DNA of 63,804 bases, filler included, from Guillardia theta CCMP2712 (lineage: Eukaryota > Protista > Cryptophyta): assembly GCF_000315625.1 (NCBI RefSeq). It is 6 parts of 6 records of this genome, joined end to end, with 100 filler letters (N's around TTAATTAATTAA, not from the genome) between each part and the next. Parts side by side here need not be neighbours in the genome. Positions count along the whole stretch, not along the records: positions 1 to 19,091 come from NW_005434601.1; 5 more parts are not named here. One strand, given 5' to 3'. The translations under genes were made by a program, and so were the position numbers. A model generated the notes under the pieces. That model did no database searches and was not told where the DNA came from. It saw only the letters and a list, made by a program, of their open reading frames with translations. Of the stretch, positions 1-12,569 are shown piece after piece (the stretch's first letter is position 1; each line of letters starts with the position of its first letter).

Positions 1-3000
1 GAGAAGCCGTTAGCTTGTGAGACCTGCAGAAATTTCAGAGGAGGAGAAAAGGAGGAAGAGGAGGGCTGGAAGGGATGGAGCGAAGTGAAATGGCAGAAAG
101 GGGAAGGGGAAGGAGGGAGAGCAGTGTTGGTGTTGGCAGAGAGAAGAGGAGGAGGGAGGAGAGGAGGAGGGAGGAGAGGAGGAGGAGGAGAGGAGGAGGA
201 GGAGAGAAGAGAAGAGAGGAGAGGAGAGAAGGAGGGGAATGAGAATGGAGAAGAGAAGAAGAGACCCCGAAAGTTTTGAACATCTTTTCGAGAGCATCGA
301 GTCTTGGCGTGATCAGCTGCAATGATGATGAGAAGAACAAATACTTGCAAGGCTGTCCACACCAACAACAAACCACAAACCCCCATATGATCATGCATGC
401 AGAGACAAAGACGTCAAGTCAAAAGCCAACATCATCATGTCGTCCGAGTCTAGAAGGATTTCAACATTCTGTTCGGAACTCTCAACAAGTTTCGAGCATT
501 GTTTCACCACCGACAGCAACACAAACATCATCACTTCCATCATCAAAGTCACAAACCTTGAAATTCTGCGCTTGCTGCTTTGGAAACTTGAGGAGAAACT
601 GAGCAACGTAAGCGCAGCCGCCGGACGATTGTTGGGCGATGGCTCTGCGAAGAATCAGGGAGGTAACAAGGAACAGAGCAAAGGAGTCAGGGAGGTAACA
701 AGGAAGAGAGGGAGGGAGAGTCGAGGTACGGAGGGAAGGGGAGAAGAAGGGCAAACAAGAAGTGGGGAGAGAAGACAAGTGTGTGTGTGTTGAGAGAGAA
801 GACAAGTGTGTGTGTGTCTGTGTGTGTGTGTGTGTGTGTTGGTGTAGAGGGGGGGTTGATAGTGGATGATTACATAAGGGAGTTGATGGATTCATCCTTG
901 ACTCGCTTGTTCGGCTCCGCAAGTTTGGTCACGAAGCCTTGAAGCACGTTATCCATCAGTCCTCTGAGCTCGATCTATCATCCCTTGTCAGCCCCTCCCT
1001 CCACCCATGTCCCTCCTCCTCCTCCTCGCTTCTCCACCTTCTTTGCAGCTGCTTCTTCCAAGAATCGCTGCGAACATGCTGTCATACTTGGGAGGAGCAG
1101 TGAAGGAAAGGAAAGAGGAGGAGGAGGAGGAGGAGAGTGATGAGAAGGAGGAGGGAGAAGGGGGCATGGCGTACCTTGTTCAGCGCAGTGGCAGAGAGAA
1201 AGACGGTTGGATTCTTGTCCGTGACTACTCGTTTGAGAATGTTTGCAATCACCTGGGATCCACTCCATCAATGACCCTCTGCCCTCCTCCCCCTCCCCTT
1301 CCACCACAATGCTCCCCCTACTCCTTCCCCTTACTCCCCTCCTCCCAAGCCTCCTGTTGCTCCTCCTCCCTCCTACTGCACTTACACGCGCAGCTTGAAC
1401 AATCTGAACTTCCGGCAGCAGCTGTGAACAATGTCACGAAAGGAGGAGGAAACTGGGAGGAGTTGGAGATGGACACGTGTCGGGGGAACAGCGAGGATAG
1501 CGAAATGAGGAATGCAAGGCAACGATGAACGATGCTAGAGGAGAGACGAGGAAGCAAAGGAGAAGAAGAGGAAGGAGAGAGAGAGGGAGTAGAGAGGGAG
1601 GTGAGCGAGAGGAACAAGAGGGAGGCGATCGGTACCTTGATGATTTGATTCAATCCTTCATCTCTGTGCTGCCAATTCCGAGACAATATCGACTTTGCCA
1701 CTGAAATTGCCAAGAAGAAATAAGAGTGAGAGGAGAACAGGTGTAAAGCCGAACGCAGAGAGAGAAGATGAGGTAGAGAGAGAGGAAGAGAGAGAGGGAG
1801 AGGGAGAGGGAGAGAGATGGAGGGAGGGAGGGAGGGAGGGAGGGAGGGAGAGGTAGAGGAAGAGAGGTAGAGGGAGGGAGGGAGGTGTAAAGTCTCGTTC
1901 TCAGCTCACCGTCTTCACCGAAGATCGAGATGATGGGCTCAGCTTCTACCAGCGCGTTCCCTGAAAGATCTTCCGGAGGAGCGTTCTGAGAAACAAGAAG
2001 GTCAGGAGGCTGGAGGAGGGGAAACGGAGGAGAGGAGCCGTAATCAGGGGGAGGGCGAAGGAGGAGGAAGATGAAAGGAGGAGTACCTGGCTGTTCGCGG
2101 CGGCGATGGCAGCCTTGTCAGCATCGAGATTTCCTTCACCTACGGCCCTGGAGGAAGAGGACATGGAGTGAGAGGACGAGAGGACGCGATAAGAGTCGGA
2201 CCTGATCTGACGAGCATCTGGGTCGAGGATGCGTCGAGGACCCTGGTGGGAGCTTGTGAGGAGGGCAAGAGAACTCCTCCTGCTCTCTGCTTCCTCCTCC
2301 TTCTCACTTTCTCCAAGCTTCCTTGCTTCTCTCCTCCCCCCTCCTTCCGTCCCCCCGATCCATCGTCCCTTCCTCCTCACCTGTACGATGCCCGAGGGGT
2401 CACGATCTTCCTCTAAGTTGGTCTGCAACACGCAATCTTAACCTCATCCCTGCATCGCTCCCCTCGGCACCCCCTTCCTTCCCTCCCCCCGCCTTTCCTC
2501 GCTTCCTCCTGTTCTACCGGGTAGCTGGGTGATCGTGAGTTCACTGTCGGGGAGTCTGCCAACACCATCACAAGGAACTCCTCCTCCTCCTCCTCCTCCT
2601 CCTGCTCTCGCGCTTCTTGTCCTCCGTCCGTCCCCCCATTCCCTCCTCCCCTCCTCACCGTATTGGTTGTAGAATTGCTGCTTGGGCTCAGCTACCGATG
2701 GAGAGAAATTTCCTGCAGAGGCGTCAACATGCGAGGAGGGACGGCAGAGCGCTACCAGCAGGAGGCGATGGATGGACAGACTGAGGGGCACGAGAGCGGC
2801 CTGAGCGTGCAAGATAAGAGGCAGGACAGGACAAGCGTCGACTCACTAGGAGAGTCCCACTCCTCTCCTCCCGCAGCATCTGCACCCGCAGCATGTCAGC
2901 AGTCACTACGGCCTCACAGCAAGCAGAGGACCGTAGGCGAGGTGGTGGGCAGGAGGAGGAGAGTTCTTGTGCGGGGAGGGCTGGTGCGGGAGGACACGGG

Positions 3001-4003
3001 GCTGGTCGAAGGGGCTCTTGACGTTGGGCATGCCTGGTCACAGCATAACTCCCCTCCTTCAGCCGCTCACGGACATACCTAGATGCTTCATCCGGCTCTC
3101 CTGCTCCACTACCACTGCACCTTCTCCTCGCCCGTAACCCCCGTCGCCCGGCGCTGCCCTCGCGTTCTCGGCAGGACGAGGAGCGAGTGAGAGGCCGGAG
3201 CGGAGCTTGTCGATCTCAGACTTGAGCGCCTTAGCTGTGTCGTAGTCCTCGTTGTCCACCGCCGCCTTCTTCCTTAGCTCCAGCTTCGCCACCCTTGACC
3301 CCACCTGCTTCAGCCGCTCGATCGCGTCCTTGAGCCTCTTGGCAGCGTCGTAGTCCTCCGCCTTGACTGCTCGCTCCTTGGCGATGTGGAGCTCGCGAAT
3401 CTGAGCAGCCGTGGTGGGATCGAAGTTGAGGTCGAACGTGACGTCATCTAGGGCTGAGATCTCCTTGCGGTTCTGCGTAATAGGCTGGGTGGGAGCCGAG
3501 GGGATGGCGGCTGGCGAGTTGCCGACGGCATCGCCGATGACGTTGATGGCGATGATTCCGACTTGGCTGTAGATGTTCATCTTGTTCGCATGGCATGTAT
3601 GTGCGACAATCTTCAAGAACTTCCCGTAGGCATCTAGCTGCACAGACTTCAGCTCTCGTGCCTGCCATGAACTTCGCTCATTGGCGTCCAGAGACAGGTA
3701 GCCCAGCCTCTTGAATTTGCACTTGTGGTACGTCGTCTTATCTCCTTCAGGCATACCCACAAACAGCTCCAGCTTGGAAGCGATCTTGAACTGATGCGAC
3801 AGCACTTGCAGCTGCATCAGGTGCACCGTCGACGAGAACTGAAATCCAATCTCCTGTGGGTAGTCGCAGAAGCGAGCAGACTGCCAGCCGACAGTGTGCG
3901 GAGAGTGAGCATTGAGCTCTGTTGCCGGAAATTCTGGATCCTCACTGGAGCAATGAACAAGTTTGAACTTGAGTTTGGCCGGCATCTCCACTCCCTGAAC
4001 CAT
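1..4003 (-). CDS. CEP104: Centrosomal protein 104 (ciliary tip TOG-domain protein); multi-exon, 3' end runs off the left edge
   Basis: First exon (ORF 3059-4003) has the CEP104 N-terminal domain (CSSED..FPATEL..GWQSARFCDYPQEI, LSHQFKIASKLEL, NERSSWQARELKSV) and two AV..EDYD.AK.LK coiled repeats. Downstream exon fragments look like TOG/HEAT sequence (SILSRNWQHRDEGL, VLQGFVTKLAEPNKRVKDES, ITPRLDALEKMFKTFG). Confidence 0.9.
779..838. repeat. (TG)n microsatellite in a CEP104 intron
   Basis: Runs of tgtgtg seen directly. Confidence 0.8.
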
Positions 4004-4019
4004 AGGAACGGTCAGGCGT

Positions 4020-5890
4020 CCCCAGTCCCGTCATGCCCCTATACTCACTCACACTCGCCCTTTCCCTCTCCTATCCCTCCTCTCATTCTTCATCCTCGTC
4101 TCCCTTCTGTCTCCTATCCCTCCTCTCATTCTTCATCCTCGTCTCCCTTCTATCTCCATTCCTTCTCCCTCCCTCCCTCCCTCCCTCCCTCCTTCAATCT
4201 GCCATTCTACTCGTCCTCCTTAGCCTCGTTCTTTCATGACAATCGAATTTCGAGCATGTAATAACCGCTCCGTTATATTATTTCAACCACCCGATCTTAC
4301 TGACCCCATCCTTGGACTACCCTCACCCTGGTAAGGCCCAATTAACTACCCACCCTTTTACGACAAACCTTTCACCCGTACCCCTTCGAGTCCAGATGGC
4401 CAACGGAAAACATCCGGGCCAACCTCAGTGAATTTACTATGAGGGTATTCGGGCAGCAGAGGAGGCTAGTATCAACTTCTGGTGACTCGCAGATGTCCTC
4501 GTATCTTCAGTTACTTTGAAAAGTGAGGCTGAGTGCTCGGAGATTCTGGCAGGCCCCGGCCGACCGGGGCCCGTGACCTTGACGATGAGTCACCTGAGGC
4601 GGCTCAGTCGGACTGACGGCTGTTCAGATTTAACTTAACTTTGAGTAAAGGCAGGGAACAAGACTAGTTGATATTCCCCCGGCTCACACCACCCGGTCCG
4701 ATGACTTGGATACGGGGGTACGTCCCGTCGAGGGGGAGTGCCGGAATTTGCCTGTACTACGGACTCCCGGTCTGACTAGTACCGTGGTGGGTGTAGGTTG
4801 GTGGGTGCAGGTAGGGGTGCAAAGTTAAGGGTGAAGGTAGGTGGCAGTGGGTAGGAGGGGTGGGCCCGGGCCCGGGGTCACAGTGGGGGAGGCGTACGGT
4901 ACCTTTGACTAGCCCGCTGGTATTCTAGTCAAGACTGATAGCTACCCCTGATGCCACCATGGAGGGGGTGGGGGTGATAGGTCGCGTAAGGTGGAAGGGG
5001 GGGTGGGGGTGATATTGGGGGACATTAGAGGGGAGTAGACCTTTTACTACCCCTCCACCCCCCAAAAAAACAAAATCAAACTGCCAATTTTGTCGGTGGA
5101 AGGTGGGGGGTGGTTTCGAGGATGAAACGTTGGGAAAAAGGTAGGGTCATCAATGTGCAATCAGGGGGTAGATTTTGAACGGTGACTTGGTTGGTAGGTG
5201 GGGTGCGTGGAATAACCGACAGTCTGTTTCCCAGAGGGAGTATTAATCGACCACGATTTCTGGGAGGTTAGTGCTGTTTAGTACTGGGAATGTTGATGAA
5301 AGAGGGAAACAGGGACCATCAGCGGAAATGTGTGAAGTGCTGCCTAACTGCGCAATGGAATCGGCTAGGAGCTGCATTGCGAATGATGGGATACACAGAG
5401 TTTGGGAGGAGGAGAGAGAGAGAAAGGAGGAGGAAGGGAAGAGGGAAGGAATATGATGATAGTTCATCTTATGCTGCTGCTGATGATCATGATTATGACG
5501 ATTATCATGATGATTTTCTTTGTTGCTGCTGTGAAAGGACTTGCGATCGTTTCTTCCTCCTCCTAGTTTGTAACTTTATCCCCTCCATTTGGTATCAGCT
5601 GAGTGTCAAATTGTTCTCCTTCTCCAGCTGTTCAGTGGGCAGTTCACAAACGACATTTTGAATGCTTTTGTGCTCGATGGTTTCTTCCTGCCCACGACTT
5701 GCTCTTCGTCAACGTGAAATTGTGGGATCGTCGATCCCTTTAGCTCCTCTCACTTTATCAGCCTTCTTGTCGCTCTGACTTGTCTCTTTCGCCTTAGGGG
5801 TTGGACCAGGACGCTGGATGCCATGATGGTCTAGAACGTCTTTAGTTTCCACGAACCAGGAGCGTCGATAACATTTCTATAAATTCACAG
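4020..5890. promoter_or_regulatory. Divergent intergenic/promoter region between CEP104 and the Ca2+-ATPase, with CT tract, ACCC tract, CCGG/TGAC core, GGGT tract and GA tract
   Basis: Lies between head-to-head start codons (4003 on -, 5893 on +). The compositional tiers are visible in the sequence; regulatory function is inferred. Confidence 0.45.
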
Positions 5891-5892
5891 GC

Positions 5893-8800
5893 ATGGCATT
5901 CAAGCTTTCGATCCAGGATCTGAAAAGCTTTGTACTTCTGAACATCAACAATCGGCTAGGACATGATGTAAGGGAGAGGGTGCTACCAGCTCTTGATGCT
6001 ATGGGAGGATATCAGGGCATCGAACTGGACTTGAGGACAACAGTAGCTGAAGGAGTGAAAGCGAACGAGATAGACGTACGGAAGAGTCACTTCGGGGTGA
6101 ACTACATCGCCCCTCCTCCTCTGACTCCTTTTTGGAAATTCTGTTGGGAAGCGTTGCAAGATCCGACCCTACAGTTCCTTTGCTTCTCTGCTTCTGTCTC
6201 GTTGGTGAGAGCTGGAGAGGGCCGGGTTGGTGACTGACTTGTTCGCGGTCAAGGCCGTAGGATTCGGTATCGAGGAGGAGCGAAGATGTTACGGCTACTC
6301 CGACGGGATTGCCATCCTCGTGGCTGTGGCTGTTGTCGTCCTGGTTGGAGCAGCGCAAGAAAGCGCAAAGGAGAAGCAGTTCAGAGATCTCACTGACTCG
6401 GCGTCGGACGAGCTTGTCAACGTCATTCGGGATGGGACTCAGGTCAGATTGACTTGATGACTGGCTGATCGCTGACGTTCTGGTGTGCAGGTGAGAGTAT
6501 CGAACAGAGAGGTTGTTGTGGGAGACTGTGTTGTTCTGTCGACCGGAGACATCATATGCGCGGACGGGCTGGTGTTTGAAAGGAACACTCTCAAGATCTT
6601 CGAGGGAGCTCTAACGGGAGAGTCGAATGCCATCAGTAAGGGTCAGTATGAATTCAAGGAGAAAGGAACCTTCGAGGTCGTCAAGTCTCTTTTGTTGGTA
6701 TCAGTTTTGCCTGATGTGAACGTGCAGATTCCCAAAGATGACGACTTGACAAAGTTCTTCCCTGCGAACACAAGCCTGTCCATAGAGCAGATGCGCGACA
6801 AGTATGAGCCGACGCCCTCAAAGACTCCGTTGGTGTTCAAGGGAACTCAAGTGCAGGACGGGGAAGGAAAGATGATTGTGATAGCTGTGGGCAAGAACAC
6901 TTACGAGCAGCTTCTCTTGGGAGACAGAGATGACGGCGACGACGAAGAGGAGTGAGAAAGAGCTTCTCTCTTGCTTCCCATTGCTGACGATGCTGCTGGT
7001 GGTCAGGTCGGACAGGAGTATCATGCAGCGCAAGCTGGACGACATGACCATACTCATCACGAAAGTTGGAGCAATGTTCGGCCTGGGGATCCTCTTCGTT
7101 CTTCTGCTTCGCTTTGCGATCAGCTTTGGTCAGAAGGACTGCTGCTACGAGGCCTGGGACCACTCGAGGCACTGGATGCAGCTGATCAAGTTCATCATCA
7201 TCTCCATCACCATCTTCGTGGTGGCAGTTCCTGAGGGTCTCCCACTCGCTGTCACCATCGCCCTTGCGTTCTCAGTGAAGAAGATGATGACGGATAAGAA
7301 TATGGTCAAGCACAACAGCGCGGTAGAGACGATGGGATCGGCTACGACCATCTGCTCGGACAAGACGGGAACTCTGACGACGAGCATGATGACTGTGATG
7401 AAGTGCTGGGCCGCCGACTCCTCCTCCGATCCCTCATCCATGAGGTCAGCCAAGGAGAAGCTCAAAGAGCTCATGTGTGCAGCGATGACGATCAACACCT
7501 CCGAGAAGACGGACATCGTAGCCAAGATACAAAAGAAAAAGGACAAGAGTGGCGCTGAAGTCCAGGAGATCGTCAAGCTCGACGGAAGGGTGGTGGAGGC
7601 CTACAGCGGGAACGCAACGGAGTGTGCGATGCTCAAGTTTGTGAACCTGCTGCATGACTTCCGGGGTGATCCCGGGAGCGACAGTATGCCGTACAAGAGC
7701 TACAGGAAGAGCTTCCCAGAGTCGATGCCCGGTCGTTCGAGCATCACCTTCTCCTCCAAGAGGAAGAGGATGAGTACGTTTGTTCCGATGCCCGCGGGCT
7801 CTCCTGCTCCTTTCCGCCTCTACTGCAAGGGAGCGTCGGAGATGGTGGTCAAGCTCTGCAGCACGTACTGCAACGAGGAGGGTCAGGCCATAAGCCTCAA
7901 CCCTGAGGTCTCCAAGAGGATCGAGGAAGCCATTGACAACTTCGCTGACTCTGGTCTTCGTACCATCGCAGTCGCATACAAGGACTGCGCGGAGAGTCTT
8001 GTCCAGAGCGACGGCGTGCTGCCGGAGAGCGCAGAGAGCGAGCTGACGCTGATCTGCATCGTGGGGATAGAGGACCCGCTGAGAGAGGAGGTGCCGGGTG
8101 CCATCCAGACCTGCAGGCAGGCAGGCATTGTCGTGCGCATGGTCACGGGAGACAACCTGAGCACGGCGAAGGCGATATCGAGGAAGGCAAACATCCTGAC
8201 GGAGGCAGGAGAGCGAGAAGGGAGGGAGATCGCCTTGACCGGCGAGCAGTTCCGCCAGATGGTCCTGACGCAGCAAAATGCAGAGCACCCCGAGCGTTGT
8301 ATCAATCAAGCCGAGTTTGACAAGATCTGGCCGAAGCTCCGCGTCCTCGCGCGTTCCACCCCAACAGACAAACTTGTGCTGGTGACGGGCATCCAGAACA
8401 GCAGGATCACCGTTGACGCGGGGATCGGAGTCAAGCAGTCGCGGCAGGTGGTGGCGGTGACGGGGGACGGGACCAATGACGCCCCTGCACTGAAACAGGC
8501 AGACGTCGGCTTTGCCATGTTCATTAACGGGACGCAAGTGGCACAACAGGCGGCTGACATTGTCATCCTCGACGACAACTTTCAGTCCATCGTCGCAGCT
8601 GTCAAGTGGGGGAGATGCGTGTACGACAACATCTGCAAGTTCCTTCAGTTCCAGCTCACCGTCAACATCGTCGCCTGCGTCCTCGCTACGGTAGGAGCTG
8701 CAACGCTCACGGAGAGTCCCATCACAGTCATCCAGCTGCTGTGGGTCAATCTCATCATGGACTCTTTTGCCTCCCTCGCACTTTCAACTGAGGATCCCAA

Positions 8801-9965
8801 CAGATCTCCAGGGCTGAAGGAGCAGTTGCTTTCCCGCAACCCCTACCCGCGCACTGACCCTATCCTCTCCAAGATCATGGTCAAGAACATGTTCGCACAC
8901 GCCCTGACACAGCTCGCCATCCTCTTCTGGCTCATCTTCGGCATCGGCGACATCTGTATGGAGGGAGCAGACGTCAACACCTGCGCTGAAGGGCCCGTGT
9001 TCAAAAAGCTGTCAAAAATTGATTTGAGGAGCGGAAGACCTCCTGAGTTTGACAACCAGTGGGCTGATCTGCATAACTGCGTTCCTTATTTCCAGCTTTC
9101 AAACCCGATGTGAGGACACCTCCTCCCCCTCCTCCCCTCCCCCGTCTCCTTCTCCTCCTCCTTCCCGCATTTTTTCTCCCCCTCTTGTTTGCTCTTGTTC
9201 CTCTCCTCTGCTTGCATCTGAGTACCTGATAGGTCTTTCTACAACGTATCCAATGGTATCTCCTTGGACGCAAGCAATGAGTTCAACTTCACCGGGTATG
9301 CACATCTTCGTTCCAACTCCTACTGCATGGATGCGCACGGCTGCGGGTCAAAGTCCCAGCACATGACAATGGTCTTCAACACCTTTGTGTTCTTACAGGC
9401 AAGACTCGAGCGACATGTTTCATGCTTCCTCTCATGGCTCCTGCCGCAGATTTTCAACGAGTTCAACTCCAGGAAGATTCATAACGAGTTCAACGTCTTC
9501 AAAGGTCCCGTTCACTTGCTCCCTCCCCTCCTTCATCCTCACTTGCTTGTTTCAGGCGTGCTTCAGAGCCCGATGTTCATGGCCGTTATCATCGGGACTC
9601 TTGGAGTACAGGTGACGGTCGGGCAGGAGTTGTTGCCGCTCCTCACTGTCTGTAGGTCATCCTCATTCAAGTGAATCCTATCAACATGGGGTTCGGCTGC
9701 ACCGCCCTCAACGGCTGGCAGGTAATACCGCTACCCCGCTACTTCCCGTCTCCTCCTCCCTTGCTGACTCTGCTCTTCATAGTGGGGCCTCTGCGCAGGG
9801 CTGGGGTTTATATCGATACCCATCAACTTCCTCTTCCACTACATCCCTTGCGAGTGGATCCCCCTTGGATCCTGGGCCGGCGGACTCAATTCGGAGGATA
9901 TTGACGAGGAGCTGGAGAAGGAGAAGAAGGAGCTCGGACAGCCGCTCAGCACCGTGTCCAACTGA
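5893..9965 (+). CDS. PMCA: P-type IIB (PMCA-like) Ca2+-transporting ATPase, multi-exon
   Basis: Motifs include PPLTPFWKFCWEALQDPTL, LSTGD..CADG, EGALTGES, VVAVPEGLPLAVT, the phosphorylation motif ICSDKTGTLT, KGASE, MVTGDN, VAVTGDGTNDAPALKQADVGFAM, KFLQFQLTVN, QLLWVNLIMDSFASLAL and NEFNSRKIH. Introns are short GT-AG plus one GC-AG. The last exon ends ...STVSN* at TGA 9963-9965. Confidence 0.95.
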
Positions 9966-10247
9966 AACCCAGCAGTTCATCCAACGGAGACTCGAGCAAC
10001 TTCATCGGATTTTAACCACCTAAACTAGTCAGTTCGGGTGTCAAACTTTCAATTTTCCGTGGCCTGTCGTAGTTTTTAAAAACTCAATATTAAAAGTCAA
10101 ACTTCACAACGGTTTCAATTGACCATAACCGTCGGATTCTTTTCGATTCGAGGGTGGGTATACTTGAGTTGATTGGAGGGGTAGGGGTCGGAAAGTCGCT
10201 TCACTCAGTGATCCCCAATCAGCGAGCCGCTGATGAGAGGAAAAGAA

Positions 10248-10285
<38 letters not shown>

Positions 10286-10539
10286 CGAGGGCGAGAACAA
10301 GGACGAGGAGAAGAGGATGGAGAGAACGATGAGGGAGAGGAGGAGGAAGAAGATGATGGAGAAGAAGAAGAGGAAGAAGATCAATGTGGAGACGAAAGGC
10401 AGAGGAGCAAGGTGAAGGAAGAACAATAGATGCACACATCATTGCAGCAGAGTTTGAATTTCGGTCAAGCCTTCTGATTCATTCTCACATAACGTGTGAT
10501 CATTTCAAGGAGGTAATCATCGCTGTCAAGCCTCTCTTC

Positions 10540-12330
10540 AGATGTTCAGCTACACACCCGGCAAGGTGACGGTGTTTCCTCCGACTCGTTCGCTTTATCA
10601 CTGGCTGGGCAGGCAAACGCGCAGACCCACTCGGGACTTTTCGCGGGTGCGAAGTGAAAAGTCTCGATGTCAAGTCAACAGCTTGCAGGTGGGTCGATGT
10701 CCGACCTCGACGTCGCTCTAGAGCAGAAGGTCCGAAGGTGCTTGTGAGGGCGTGCGATGACCTGCTGCAGCTGCTGGAGATCGACAACTCTAGGAAGGGA
10801 GAGCGGTTTGCTTCCGGACAGCCCCGGTCTCGTTCCTCTCGCTTTTCTTGAGCTGACTGAGACTCTAGTCACTGGGACCTCGTCGCCGAGATGCGCCCGC
10901 AAGACTCTTCCAAGCTTCGCCTTGGTCGGGACAGCCCGACCCGTTCGCCTCCGCAGAAGGTCAGAGGAGCTGAGAGCAGAGGAGCCTTGAGGTTGTGCGC
11001 TAACTGGACGCGCGTTACCTCAGGACCTCGCCACGTTCCGCCGCCTCCTCCACTCTGAGAGGCATGCGGATCCTCTGCCCGACTCCTTCTGATCTGCTTG
11101 TGAAGGTTTGCGACCAGCCGAACGCCTGAGGAGGGTCGGCAGAAGCGAGTCACCATCTCGTACCCCGAGCAGGACAGGGATGCTCAGCAGTCAGCACGTA
11201 CTTGCGGCGGCTGCTTGACTGGACCTGAGCGACATGGCAGTTGCGATCGAAAGGTTTCTCAAGTCCATCGGCATCGGCGACATCTGGATCCGGGGACACT
11301 CTGAGGCGAAGCTGCTGGACGCTGACCCAGCCTTCCACAACTTCCAAGACCTCAAGCACGTGCAGACTTGCGATCTCTTCCTGACTGTCGTCAACCATGG
11401 TGACCTCCCTCCCTCCTTGCCCTCCGCTCCCTCACATCCACCTCCCAGCATGGCAGCTGGACGCGCGATGCGTTCAGGTGAGGGTCATGTGGAGGAGGCG
11501 GCGCATTGACCTGGGCACAGGAGCTGGAGCTTGCCAGGAAGATGCACTACACCTCTCGTACTGCGAACGAACGCGAGAGGCTCCAAACTGATCGTCTTCC
11601 TCAGTCGAGCGGAACTTCACCAGGCCCGGCCACCCTCGTCGACCTCATGTAGGGCGAGAGACTCTCGTCCTCCTCCTCTCACCCTCCTTGCAGATCGTCG
11701 CACTGCTGCTGGGCGTGTCCGAGTCTCAGCTCCCCGAGCTGTCGAACATGACGCTGGTGAGCAAGTTGACTTCTGCTGAGGAGCTGAGAAACGGGCAGGT
11801 GGGGAATTCGATCCTCAAACATCCAGCTGAGAAGATCTCCGGCAGCGCTTGACCCCCCTAGGAGGTTACAAGTGACTTTGACTCAGGGCTGAAGTCGGAG
11901 GATGACGAGGATTGGAGTGTGGCAGCCCTGGAGACTTTCAGGTCAGGACGAGACATGAAAGGGCATGAGCTAACGAAATTCCTTTCTACTCCTTGTCCTT
12001 GTCCTTGTCCTTGTCCTTCCCTTTGGTCCTCCTCCTCCTCCTCCTCCTCCTCCTCCTCCTCCTCCTCCTCCTCCTCCTCCTCCTCCTCCTCCTCCTCCTC
12101 CTCCTCCTCCTCCTCCTCCTCTTCCCCTTGGTCCTCCTATTCTTCCTCCTTCTTTTCCTCTTCTTCGTCCTGTTCATCCTCCTTGCCTCGTTCCAACTCG
12201 AACTTCTCTCCTCTCCATTCTCTCTCTTTTCCTTTCCACTCCTTTTCCTTTCCTCTCTCCTCATGTCCTCAGGGAACTTGCGTCAATCATGCTGAGCGCA
12301 GACATTCTGAGCAGTAGCGAGCATCTCAGC
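10540..12330 (+). CDS. Hypothetical multi-exon protein (boundaries uncertain)
   Basis: Coding-like stretches (VLVRACDDLLQLLEIDN; AIERFLKSIGIGDIWIRGHSEAKLLDADPAFHNFQDLKHV) are separated by short GT..AG segments. No domain recognised. Confidence 0.3.
12027..12121. repeat. (CCT)n microsatellite
   Basis: About 30 near-perfect cct units. Confidence 0.9.
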
Positions 12331-12569
12331 ATCGAAACAAGGTCTGGCTCTTCCTCCTCCGTCCTCCCACTGTTCTCCTCACTTTTACCTCCATCCCCTT
12401 GTCCTGTCCTCCTCCTCTCCGCCAACCCCCCCCCCAATCCCTCTTTCCCCTCCTGCTTCTCCTTCTTTTCTCCTGTTTCTTCTCCTCTCCTCGTTCTCAA
12501 TGAAATTTCTCAGATTGTTTGGAGGCTCGGCTGAAAAGAGCGAAACTTCCAACATGTGTGAGCAGGTGT

